This document shows, piece by piece, positions 50,276 to 59,435 of a stretch of 64,000 bases of DNA. Source of the stretch: Vulcanimicrobiota bacterium (GTDB lineage: Bacteria; Vulcanimicrobiota; Vulcanimicrobiia; Eremiobacterales; Eremiobacteraceae); NCBI GenBank assembly GCA_963812135.1, contig CAWETU010000005.1, positions 256,001 through 320,000 on the forward strand. The letters are read 5' to 3'. A program made the position numbers and the translations under genes. Every line of letters begins with the position of its first letter. The stretch's first letter is position 1. Under the pieces are notes generated by a model, which worked only from the letters and a program-made list of their open reading frames with translations, was not told the DNA's origin and did no database searches.

Positions 50276-52525
50276 CTAGAGGAGCGTTTGCGTGCGGTCA
50301 CGCGGTGCGAGAATTGTCGCAAGATTCTCCATGTCCGCATCGCCGACGAGAATCTTGCGCGGCTTGGTCCCTTCGGCAGGCCCGACCACGCGGAATTGCT
50401 CGAGGATCCTCATGAGCCGTACCGCGCGCGGATGGCCGATCTTGAGCTCTGCCTGCAACAGCGCGACCGACGCCATCTGGCGTTCAACGATGATCTGCGC
50501 GGCGTCGAACGCGAGCTCATCCGCTGGGCCGCCCGAATCGTCTTCGAGCTCGGCCGGCGAGATCGCGATGCGATTGTCCGGATCGCCTTGCTCGCGCCAG
50601 AACTCGCACAGGCGCTCGATCTCGGGGCCCGTGACGAGCGCGCCCTGCACGCGCAGCGGCTTGGGCGCGTCGATCGGCAAGAAGAGCATATCGCCACGGC
50701 CGAGCAGGCGCTCTGCGCCGGCCATGTCGAGGATCGTGCGCGAGTCGACCTGCGACGACACCGCGAACGCGATGCGCGACGGGATGTTCGCTTTGATCAA
50801 TCCGGTGATCACGTCGACGGACGGGCGCTGCGTGGCGATGACGAGGTGGATGCCCGTCGCGCGCGCGAGCTGCGCGATGCGGCAGATGCTCGTCTCGACG
50901 CGCGTCGGCGCGACGAGCATGAGGTCGGCCAACTCGTCGATCGCGACGACGATGTACGGCAAGCGTTCGTTGGGATGCGCGATGTTGTATTCCTCGATCT
51001 TGCGCACGCCGACGTGCGCGAAACGCTCGTAGCGCGCATCCATCTCTTTGGTCAGCTCGTACAACGCGCCCGCCGCGAGCTTGGGATCGGTGATGCAGTC
51101 CGTGATGAGGTGCGGGATGCCGTTGTATTCCGCGAGCTCGACGCGTTTTGGATCGACGAGCAGCATCTGCACCTGATCCGGCGTGCAGGTGGAGAGCAGC
51201 GAAGCCAGGATGACGTTGAGGCACACGCTCTTGCCGGCGCCGGTCGCGCCCGCTACAAGCAGATGCGGCATGCGCGTGAGGTCCGCGACGATCGGACGAC
51301 CCGTGATATCCTTGCCGAGACCGAAGTTGAGCGTTCCCTCTTCATTGTGCACGTAGTCGAGGATCTCGCGAATCGCGACGGTCGAGACGGCGCTGTTCGG
51401 CACCTCGATGCCGACGGCTGCCTTGCCGGGGATCGGCGCCTCGATGCGCACGCTGTGCGCCGCGAGCGCGAGCTGGATGTTGTCCGACAACGATTTGATC
51501 GCGCTGACCTTGACGCCGCGGCCCGGCGTCATCTCGTAGCGCGTCACGCTCGGTCCTCGTTCGATGTGCGTGACTTTACCTTCGATCCCGAACGATGCAA
51601 GCGTCTCCTCGAGCAGCATCGCAGCGCTGGCCTCGCTGTGGACGCGCTTTTCGGGTGGATTGAAAAGCGCGAAGTCAGGCAGGCGATAGCCGCCCTCGGT
51701 ACGAGCGGCGGGCCGCGCAGGTTTCGCGCGCGGTGCCGGCGTCGTGCCGGATGCCGGCGCTGTCGCTGCGCCCGCACCCACAGCAAGATCGGGCTCGACG
51801 AGCGCGACCGGCTCGAGCTCCGTTGCCGGCGCGGTTTCGTCGACGCGCACCATCAGGTCCGCGTGCGTCGGGTTTTCTTGCGGGATCAGCGCCGGTTCGG
51901 CGCTGCGCTCGGGCGGTGCGAGCTGCGCGCGATACTGCGCGGCTTCATCTCTCTCTTCCTTAGACTTGCGCAAAGCCTCGCGCGTCGTGTCGGCCAAACC
52001 GCCGGCAGCGGTCGCCACCGACGAGCCGATCGATCCGAAGACGCGTTTGAGCGAGATCCCAGTGGGCGTGACGATGCATGCGACGACGACGAATCCGAGC
52101 ACGATGTCGGCGCCCGCCACGCCGAACAGCGCGGTCATGGCATGGGCGATCGCGTTGCCGAGCGCGCCGCCGGTGCCGGCCATGCCGAAGAAACCAGCGA
52201 GCGCGAGGAACGCGCCTGCGGCGCACCCAGCAAATGCCGCCATGATCTTCGGCACGTGTATCTCGAGGAAGATGATCGACGCGATGACAGCGAGCGCAAC
52301 GACGGCCAACCATGCGGCGCCGCCGAACCACGCGTGCATGGTCGCTTTGGCGAATGCGCCGAAGTAGCCGGCGGCGTCCGCGCTGATCAACGAAATCGCA
52401 AGCAGCCCCGCCACGACGAATAAGGCGACGCCCAAGATCTCGAAGTTGAGGGTCAGACCCGGAAGCGGGTCAACCCGCCGCGAGCGCGCCGCTTTGGTGC
52501 GCTTCACGATCGTGGTTCTGGCCAC
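50276..52525 (-). CDS. ftsK: DNA translocase FtsK/SpoIIIE
   Basis: N-terminal TMs, GPSVTRYE, PHLLVAGATGAGKS, DPKRVEL, ATQRPSVDVITG and gamma domain. Confidence 0.97.
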   Translation of the reverse strand: MARTTIVKRTKAARSRRVDPLPGLTLNFEILGVALFVVAGLLAISLISADAAGYFGAFAKATMHAWFGGAAWLAVVALAVIASIIFLEIHVPKIMAAFAGCAAGAFLALAGFFGMAGTGGALGNAIAHAMTALFGVAGADIVLGFVVVACIVTPTGISLKRVFGSIGSSVATAAGGLADTTREALRKSKEERDEAAQYRAQLAPPERSAEPALIPQENPTHADLMVRVDETAPATELEPVALVEPDLAVGAGAATAPASGTTPAPRAKPARPAARTEGGYRLPDFALFNPPEKRVHSEASAAMLLEETLASFGIEGKVTHIERGPSVTRYEMTPGRGVKVSAIKSLSDNIQLALAAHSVRIEAPIPGKAAVGIEVPNSAVSTVAIREILDYVHNEEGTLNFGLGKDITGRPIVADLTRMPHLLVAGATGAGKSVCLNVILASLLSTCTPDQVQMLLVDPKRVELAEYNGIPHLITDCITDPKLAAGALYELTKEMDARYERFAHVGVRKIEEYNIAHPNERLPYIVVAIDELADLMLVAPTRVETSICRIAQLARATGIHLVIATQRPSVDVITGLIKANIPSRIAFAVSSQVDSRTILDMAGAERLLGRGDMLFLPIDAPKPLRVQGALVTGPEIERLCEFWREQGDPDNRIAISPAELEDDSGGPADELAFDAAQIIVERQMASVALLQAELKIGHPRAVRLMRILEQFRVVGPAEGTKPRKILVGDADMENLATILAPRDRTQTLL

Positions 52526-52600
52526 CGCACAGGCGTTCGAGCCACCCCGTCCGCCTTCCCCCGCGCGCCTACGCGCTCGTCGCGGCTGCGAAATAGACTT

Positions 52601-52628
52601 CGGCCGAATAAAATTCGGCCGCTACATC
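52601..52628 (-). repeat. GTAG-type REP-like palindrome, copy 4
   Basis: Minus strand gatGTAGCGGCCGAATTTTATTCGGCCG, with a compensatory C-G pair. Confidence 0.9.
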
Positions 52629-52631
52629 GAG

Positions 52632-53531
52632 CTACTTCGACTTAGGGTCGAGGGCGTCGCGTAGTCCGTCGCCCAAGAGGTTGAAGCCCAACACCGTGAG
52701 CGAGATCGCAAGCCCGGGGAAAAGCAGTGCCCAAGGAGCGTTGAGCCAGTAGTCGCGCGCGTCGTTGAGCATCGAACCCCACTCCGGCGTCGGCGGCTGG
52801 ATGCCAAGACCCAAGTACGACAAGCCCGCCGAATCCAACTCGGCCGTCCCCACGCCCAGCGTCGCCTGGACGACGAGCGGCACGACGATATTCGGCAGCA
52901 CGTAGCGGATCAAGAGCATGCCGGTGTTGTTGCCGACGGCCCTCGCGGCCTCGACGTATTCCATCTCCTTGACCTGGAGCACTGACGCGCGCGCGATGCG
53001 CGCGTACACGGGAATGCCGACGATGCCGACCGCGAGGAATATCTTCACGACGTCGCTGACGCGCTGGTCGAGGATCGCGGAGATCGCGATGGCCAGCAAG
53101 ATGCTGGGGAACGCGAGCATCACATCCATCGCGCCCATCAGGACAGTGTCGGTCATCTTGCCCCAAAATCCGGCGATCAGGCCGATCAACGTGCCGATGG
53201 CGAGTCCGATGCCCACGCTGATGAAGCCGATCTCGACCGAGAGGCGAGCGCCATAGAGCAGTCGCGTGAAGATATCGCGGCCCAGCTTGTCCGTGCCCGC
53301 CGGATGGAGCAGCGACGGCGGCAAGGTCGTGGCTGCCAGGTTCTGCGCAAGCGGATCGCGATGCCCGGAAAGCAGCGCTGCGAAGATCGCGCAGAAGGCG
53401 AGCGTGATGATGATCGTCAGGCCGATGAGCGCCGACGGGCTCTTGCGGAACCGCCGCCACGAGTCTTCGATCACGCCTGTGTGCGGCGTGTCGATCAGCG
53501 CTTCGTCGACCGTGAGGATCGCTTGCGCCAA
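52632..53531 (-). CDS. Peptide/nickel ABC transporter permease (DppC/OppC type)
   Basis: HPAGTDKLGRDIFTRLLYGARLS, EYVEAARAVG, LSYLGLG.QPPTPEWG. Confidence 0.92.
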   Translation of the reverse strand: MAQAILTVDEALIDTPHTGVIEDSWRRFRKSPSALIGLTIIITLAFCAIFAALLSGHRDPLAQNLAATTLPPSLLHPAGTDKLGRDIFTRLLYGARLSVEIGFISVGIGLAIGTLIGLIAGFWGKMTDTVLMGAMDVMLAFPSILLAIAISAILDQRVSDVVKIFLAVGIVGIPVYARIARASVLQVKEMEYVEAARAVGNNTGMLLIRYVLPNIVVPLVVQATLGVGTAELDSAGLSYLGLGIQPPTPEWGSMLNDARDYWLNAPWALLFPGLAISLTVLGFNLLGDGLRDALDPKSK

Positions 53532-53537
53532 CGGCGC

Positions 53538-55265
53538 TTAGATCTCCATGACCACCGGCACGATCATCGGCCGGCGCTTCGTGCGATCGTAGATGAATTT
53601 TTGCAGCCCTTTGTGGACGTGTTCGCGGATGGCGGCCCATTCGGTCAGCCCTTCGGACGAGCTATGTTCCATGATCTGCATGGCGGCACGCCGGATCTCC
53701 TCGAGCACGCCGTCGCGTTCGCCCGCGGCGCCGAACGTGAAGCCACGCGAGGTGATATACGGTCCTGCCAGCACCTTGCCGTCGGAACTGTCGACCGCCA
53801 CGGTCACGACGATCATGCCGTCGTTGGAGAGATGTTTGCGATCGCGCAAGACGACTTCGCCGACGTCGCCGACGCCGAGTCCGTCGACATAGACCGGGCC
53901 GCCGTAGACGCGCCCTACTTTTTGCGCGCCGGCAGGCGTGAACTGCACGACTTCGCCGTTCTCCACGACGAAGATGCGCGACGCCTCGACACCCGTCTTC
54001 TGCGCGAGCCCGGCGTGCTGGACGAGCATCCGATACTCGCCATGCACCGGCATGAAGAACTTAGGCCTGGTGAGATTGAGCATCATGAGAAGCTCTTCTT
54101 GGCAGCCGTGGCCCGAGACGTGCGCCATCCGCTGCTTCCCGTAGATGACGTCGACGCCGAGCTTGAAGAGATTGTTGATCGTGCGGCCGATGCTGCGCTC
54201 GTTGCCCGGAATGGGCGTCGCCGACAAGATGACCGTATCGCCGGCGATCAGCTTCACGCGGCGATGATCGCGCGCCGCCATGCGCACGAGCGCCGACGTC
54301 GGCTCGCCTTGGCTGCCGGTGGTGCAGATGACGAGCTTGTTGGGCGCATAGTCGTCGATTTCGTGCTCGCGGATCTGCTGGCCGGGTGCGAGCGTCAAGT
54401 AGCCGTGCTCGATCGCGATGTTGGAGACGTTGAGCATGCTGCGCCCGACGAAGCACACCTTGCGGTCGTAGCGGGCGGCCGCGTCGACGGTCTGCTGCAA
54501 GCGCGGCACGTTGGAGGCGAACATCGTCACGATGATGCGGCCGTCGCAGTGCGCGAAGATGTCGTTGAACGCCTCGCCGACGACGCGCTCGGACGGCGTG
54601 TGGCCCGGCGTCTCGGCGTTGGTCGAATCCGAGCACAGCAAGAGCACGCCTTGCTCGCCATACTGCGCGAGCGTCGCGATGTCCGACGGCCGCCCATCGA
54701 TCGGCGTCTGATCGAACTTGAAATCACCCGTGTGGACGACGACGCCGAGCGGCGTGCGCAGCGCGATCGAACACGAACCCGCAACGCTGTGCGTGATCGA
54801 GATGAAATCGGCGCTGAACGAGCCCAGCACGATCTTCTCGCCCGGCTCGATGACGTGCAGATCCGCGCGGTCGAGGAGCTTGTGCTCTTTGAGCTTGCCG
54901 CGAAGGAGCGCGATCGTGACGTCAGTGCCGAACACCGGCACGTTGAGCTGCGCGAGGAAATAAGCGACGCCGCCGATGTGATCCTCGTGCGCGTGCGTCA
55001 GCAGCAATCCGCGCACTTTGGCGCGGCGCTCGATCAGATACGAGATATCGTTGATGACCAGATCGACGCCCAGCATCTCCTCTTCCGGGAACTGGACGCC
55101 GGCGTCGACGACGACGATGTCGTCGTTGGTCTCGTAGACCGACATGTTGCGGCCGATCTCGCCGCAACCGCCGAGCGGGAACACCCGCAAATATGGCCCC
55201 GGAGGGGCGGGAGCCAACGCCTCTTCGCCATCGCGCGGCGAGACGGGAAAGTACTCGTGTTGCAT
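53538..55265 (-). CDS. rnj: Ribonuclease J
   Basis: PLGGCGEIGRN, THAHEDHIG, HTGDFKFD, DSTNA, GSQGEP, HVSGH, PVHGEYR, RRPMIVPV. Confidence 0.97.
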   Translation of the reverse strand: MQHEYFPVSPRDGEEALAPAPPGPYLRVFPLGGCGEIGRNMSVYETNDDIVVVDAGVQFPEEEMLGVDLVINDISYLIERRAKVRGLLLTHAHEDHIGGVAYFLAQLNVPVFGTDVTIALLRGKLKEHKLLDRADLHVIEPGEKIVLGSFSADFISITHSVAGSCSIALRTPLGVVVHTGDFKFDQTPIDGRPSDIATLAQYGEQGVLLLCSDSTNAETPGHTPSERVVGEAFNDIFAHCDGRIIVTMFASNVPRLQQTVDAAARYDRKVCFVGRSMLNVSNIAIEHGYLTLAPGQQIREHEIDDYAPNKLVICTTGSQGEPTSALVRMAARDHRRVKLIAGDTVILSATPIPGNERSIGRTINNLFKLGVDVIYGKQRMAHVSGHGCQEELLMMLNLTRPKFFMPVHGEYRMLVQHAGLAQKTGVEASRIFVVENGEVVQFTPAGAQKVGRVYGGPVYVDGLGVGDVGEVVLRDRKHLSNDGMIVVTVAVDSSDGKVLAGPYITSRGFTFGAAGERDGVLEEIRRAAMQIMEHSSSEGLTEWAAIREHVHKGLQKFIYDRTKRRPMIVPVVMEI

Positions 55266-55338
55266 ATCTCGTCAACACTTAAGGCGCGAGGCGCATGGGG
55301 CCTGCCCTTACGCGCGTGTCGAGATGCCGCGCTGGAGA

Positions 55339-55872
55339 CTAATCCGCTAGCAAGATCGCAGACCAGGTCGCCGAGACCGGATGACCTCGGGACGGGCAAA
55401 GCATATCGATACTGCGCGACGCACCTGGTTCGAGCGCATCGAGCGCGGTGCTCGCGCGCAGTTCGTCGCCGCTTTGCGTATGCAGGTGCACGGTCAGCAC
55501 CGGCGCGATGCGCGCCTTCGACGTGTTGCGCACGGTGGTGCGCACGATCGGACTGCCGAGAAAATCCACCGTGACCGATGTCGGTCCGATCACGATGCCG
55601 CCGCCGATGTCCGAGACCGCATTGTCTTCGAATAGCGGCGACTCGGTGTGCGTCTTCGCGAGAAACTCGAACAACATCGCCTGGCGCCGCTCGAACATCT
55701 TGATGCGGGCGAGGCGGACAAGGCGGCGACGCAGGGCGCGCTCTTGCATGACGGACGGACCCACCGAGACAGCGGCTGCCGGCGGGTGCGAAGGCTTCCT
55801 TCTATAGTCATTGCGTGGGTGCGCGCACAGCGCGCACGCGAGCGCGGCGGCGATGACGATCATGCCCGCCAT
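55339..55872 (-). CDS. Hypothetical exported protein
   Basis: Hydrophobic N-terminus; beta-rich C-terminal domain. Confidence 0.55.
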   Translation of the reverse strand: MAGMIVIAAALACALCAHPRNDYRRKPSHPPAAAVSVGPSVMQERALRRRLVRLARIKMFERRQAMLFEFLAKTHTESPLFEDNAVSDIGGGIVIGPTSVTVDFLGSPIVRTTVRNTSKARIAPVLTVHLHTQSGDELRASTALDALEPGASRSIDMLCPSRGHPVSATWSAILLAD

Positions 55873-55903
55873 ATCCCGCGCACATCGGGGGCCGTCAAGG
55901 ACC

Positions 55904-55964
55904 TTGACAGTCGCGACAAACGCCCGCTATACTTGTCTCAAACCACTAGGACAATGAGACAAGT
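55904..55964 (+). promoter_or_regulatory. Sigma70-type promoter overlapped by a putative YtrA operator
   Basis: TTGACA (55904-09), 18-nt spacer, TATACT (55928-33); perfect inverted repeat ACTTGTCTCA-N14-TGAGACAAGT with an extra TAGGACA half-site. Confidence 0.8.
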
Positions 55965-55986
55965 TCCCACGACGGATCGGACCTGA

Positions 55987-56379
55987 ATGAATTTCCACGT
56001 CGAAGGCACGAGCGGCATGCCGGTCTACCTTCAGCTGAAGGAACAGATCTTGCACGCGATCGCGCGCGGCAAACTGAAATCCGGGGATCAGCTGCCGACC
56101 GTGCGCGAAGTCGCGGTTGAGCTCACCATCAATCCCAATACGGTCAACCGGGCGTATGCCGAGCTCGAGCGCGAAGGCCTGCTGTCGAGCCGTCGCGGCC
56201 GCGGCACGTTCGTCTCCGAGACGAGCAAGCGCGCGGACGTCTCGTCGCAGGAAGCGCGCCTGGTGGATATCGCCCGGCGGGCGCTCGGCGAGGCGCGTTC
56301 CTACGGGTTCACGGCGCGGGATATGCTGAGCGCCGTCGCGCAGGTCGCGCGCCAGGACAGGCGCGAGGGCGGCAGATGA
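55987..56379 (+). CDS. GntR-family regulator, YtrA subfamily
   Basis: PVYLQL..QI...I..G.L..GDQLPTVRE.A..L.INPNTVNRAY.ELE.EG.....RGRGTFV; short C-terminus. Confidence 0.93.
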   Translation: MNFHVEGTSGMPVYLQLKEQILHAIARGKLKSGDQLPTVREVAVELTINPNTVNRAYAELEREGLLSSRRGRGTFVSETSKRADVSSQEARLVDIARRALGEARSYGFTARDMLSAVAQVARQDRREGGR

Positions 56380-56579
56380 CGCAATCATCTATCACGGCGG
56401 CTATTCGCGGAGGCCCTCCGATGGAGGCTCGCTGGACCATGCGTAGGATTAGAACAGACACGACTACAGCGCTGCACGGCCCTCAACCGGCTCGGGCTAG
56501 CGGCGCTCATGCCAGGGGTGGTGCCGGAACGGGTGCAGCAAAGGCGGCGCGCAGCGCCGCCGCAGGAGGATCACTCTCG

Positions 56580-57290
56580 ATGAAACCCCGCATCCTCGGC
56601 TCGGCCTTCGCGATCGGCATCGCCTTGACCGCGACGACCAGCGCGCTCGCTGACACGGCCTTCGCCCCCGACGGCACGTACGAGTACGCGCTCAAGCAGG
56701 GCGCGACGACGCTCGCCACCAGTACCGTCACGATCAAGCGATCGGGCAGCGTGGTCTCGTTACGCGAAAGCCAAACGATCGCCGAGCCGGCGGTCGGCAA
56801 CGTGCAACTCAACGCCGATGAGTCGGTCCTGGCTGACTCGTTCACGCCGCTGTCGTTCAGCGGAACGACCGTATCCTCAGGTAAGAGCCAAGAAGTCAAG
56901 TTCTCGTACGCGAGCAACGCCGGCTATTTCACCGTCAACGGCGAGCGGCTGGTGGTGCCGGTCAGAATGCTGCCGGGCACGCAGGCGATGATCATCCAGG
57001 ACCAAACGCTCGTGCTGAGCTTCCTCACGCTACCCGCCGTGCTCCAAGCGACCCGAGCCGGCGCGCTGACCGTCGCCGTGCCGACCGCGTCGCGCGTTCA
57101 CGCGATCACGGTCGATTCGTCGCCGCAGACGAAGCCTTCCACCGTGCCGGCGGCAGACGTCGATGTCGGTATCGCCGCCGGTAGCGGATCGACCTCGTTC
57201 TCCGTCTGGTACGATCCGCACAGCGGTGTGGTCGATGAGATCGACGTGCCCGCGCAATCGCTCACCATTTCGTTGACGAAACGCTCCTGA
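56580..57290 (+). CDS. Secreted beta-rich hypothetical protein
   Basis: GGAGG SD before ATG 56580; signal peptide ending SALA. Confidence 0.75.
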   Translation: MKPRILGSAFAIGIALTATTSALADTAFAPDGTYEYALKQGATTLATSTVTIKRSGSVVSLRESQTIAEPAVGNVQLNADESVLADSFTPLSFSGTTVSSGKSQEVKFSYASNAGYFTVNGERLVVPVRMLPGTQAMIIQDQTLVLSFLTLPAVLQATRAGALTVAVPTASRVHAITVDSSPQTKPSTVPAADVDVGIAAGSGSTSFSVWYDPHSGVVDEIDVPAQSLTISLTKRS

Positions 57291-57301
57291 AAGGAGGGGT
57301 A

Positions 57302-58034
57302 ATGAGCAGCGCATCTGAGACCATCGCGCCGGCGCCGGCGGAACGGGTTAGTGGTCTCGCGACATACCTCAAAGTCCTCTACGCGCCAGGCGAGGCGTTC
57401 GCAACGCTCTCCCGCGTGCCGACGTGGGGTTGGGCGGCGGTCGCCGGCATCATCCTGACGCTGATCGGCGCGTTGATCCTCGACTGCCCGCCACGAGTCA
57501 CTACCAGACCAGTAGCCAAGAACAGCAATTCTCGCAGATGCCCGCAGATCAGGCGGCCGCTGCGCGCGAGTTCATGGCGAAGTATCCATGGGTCAACTCG
57601 ATCGGCCCACTGGTCGGCGCCTTCATCGCTCCTTGGATGATTTGGGTCATCGGCGCGATCGTTTACTTGATCGCAGCGGCGCTCGGAGGCGGGGAAGCCC
57701 GCTTCAAAGCGGCATGGGTTACTGCGGTCAATGCGTATGTCATTCCGGCGCTTGGCAGCATCGTAGGCGCGGTCATCGTCTCGCTGCGCGGCCCTGCCAA
57801 CGCCAACTCGATGGCGGATCTGTACGCGCTTCCTTCGTTGAGCATGCTCGTGCACGGCTCTCCCAAGGTAACCATGTTCCTCTATTCATTCAACATCGTC
57901 AACATCTGGTGCTACATCGTTCTCGTCATCGCGCTCCAGCGCATGCTCAAGATGTCCGCGACCGCTGCGATCGTCAGCCGTCGTCATCGTGGCGCTCATC
58001 GGCGGCGGGGCTGCTGGCTCTCGTCGCGAAATGA
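57302..58034 (+). CDS. Yip1-family membrane protein (about three apparent indels)
   Basis: AGGAGG SD; VLYAPGEAFATL...W, multiple TMs, NI.NIW. Frames switch near 57482, 57977 and 58008. Confidence 0.75.
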
Positions 58035-59435
58035 TGGCACGCGCATTGGTCGTCGCCGCTCTCCTCATAGTTGGCGTGGGCCGCTCCCGCGGTGGCCGAC
58101 GTGCCGGGCGCCGTGCCGAACCCCGCGCCGACCTTGCCGCCGGTGATGACGCTCCAGCAAGCGGTGGATTTCGGGCTGGCGCACAACACGACCGTGCTCA
58201 AAGCCGTTGCGTCGGCTGCCGAAGCAGGTGCGACGCTCGCTCGCGATCGCGCCATCACGTTGCCGACCGTGATCGGCCAGATCCAGAACCAGCTCGACAA
58301 GAGCAATAACGCCGCCGGGAATTACGCGCAGATCGGCCAAGCGCCGTCGCCGAACTTCTCGCAGAACACCGCGGCGGTCGTCGGCACGTTCAACGGCGCG
58401 AACCTCACGAACATCTACCAAGCGCGCGCCGACAAGCAGGCCTACGACCAGGCCAATCAGCAGCTGTTCTTGACGCGCGAGCAATCGATCCAAGACACGG
58501 AGACGTCCTTCTACAAACTCGTCCAAACCCGCCAACTTACAGAGGTCGCGCGCGAGAACGTCAACTATAACCGCGCGCTCATGCAGATCGCGGAGGTGAA
58601 CTTCCACGCGGGTAAAGTCGCCGGCCTCGATGAGCTCAAAGCGCAGGTCGCGTACACGACGGCGCTCGAGCAGCTGTCGTCCGCAAGCGCCGACGAAGAA
58701 GATGCGCGCGAGAACCTCGCCCAGCTGATCAGCGCCCCGATGGGCCAGCAATTCGCACTGCCCGATGCGCCGCCAGAACCGCCGCTGCCGAATCTCGATC
58801 AAAAGATCCTCGATCAGGTCGCGCTGACGAACCGGCCGGAGATCACGATCGCACAGGCGCAGCTCTCAAGCGCGCTCATCTCGAATTACATGGTGGACGC
58901 TCCCAACCGTCCGAACGTGGCGCTCACCGGCCTGTGGGGTAACCAAGTCTCGCCGACCAACAACGCGCAGTTCTACAACCAGTGCGTCCACGAAGGCTTC
59001 CCGCCGTCGCAGTGCGGTCCGGGCGGCTCGCACTTCTACGAGATCTCGATCGTCTCGAATTGGACGCTACCATTGCTCGACTGGGGCACCGTGCACGCCG
59101 GACACGCGAGCGCGTATCGCGCCATCGACTCGCAGATCGCGCAGTTGAGCAGCGCCAAGCAACAGGCGCTCATCGACGTCGATCAGGCGGTGCGCCGGCT
59201 GCTCGTCGACCGCGACAATCTTCGGCTCGCCACCAGCAATGTCGGCGTCGCGCGTCAAGCCGCGCTCATCTCCGCGGTGCAGTACAAAGTCGGTCTTGCG
59301 ACACAGACCGATGTGAGCGCCGCGCAGCAGGCGTATCTGACCGCGGCTCGCGACCTGCTCACCGCGCAGGTCGAATACGTCCTTGGCATCGTGAAGCTCA
59401 AGCTCGTCACCGGCACGTTGACAGGGGCCATATGA
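58031..59435 (+). CDS. TolC-family outer membrane efflux protein (apparent frameshift near 58079)
   Basis: MTLQQAV..GL.HN, coiled-coil repeats, PLLDWG, QYKVGLAT.TDV, LKLVTG. Confidence 0.88.

Noticed and set aside
50273..55574. Long plus-strand ORFs (716 aa, 756 aa) and similar antisense ORFs over ppdK, secA, glyQS and rimO
   Set aside because: Shadow frames opposite well-supported genes, expected from high-GC codon bias.
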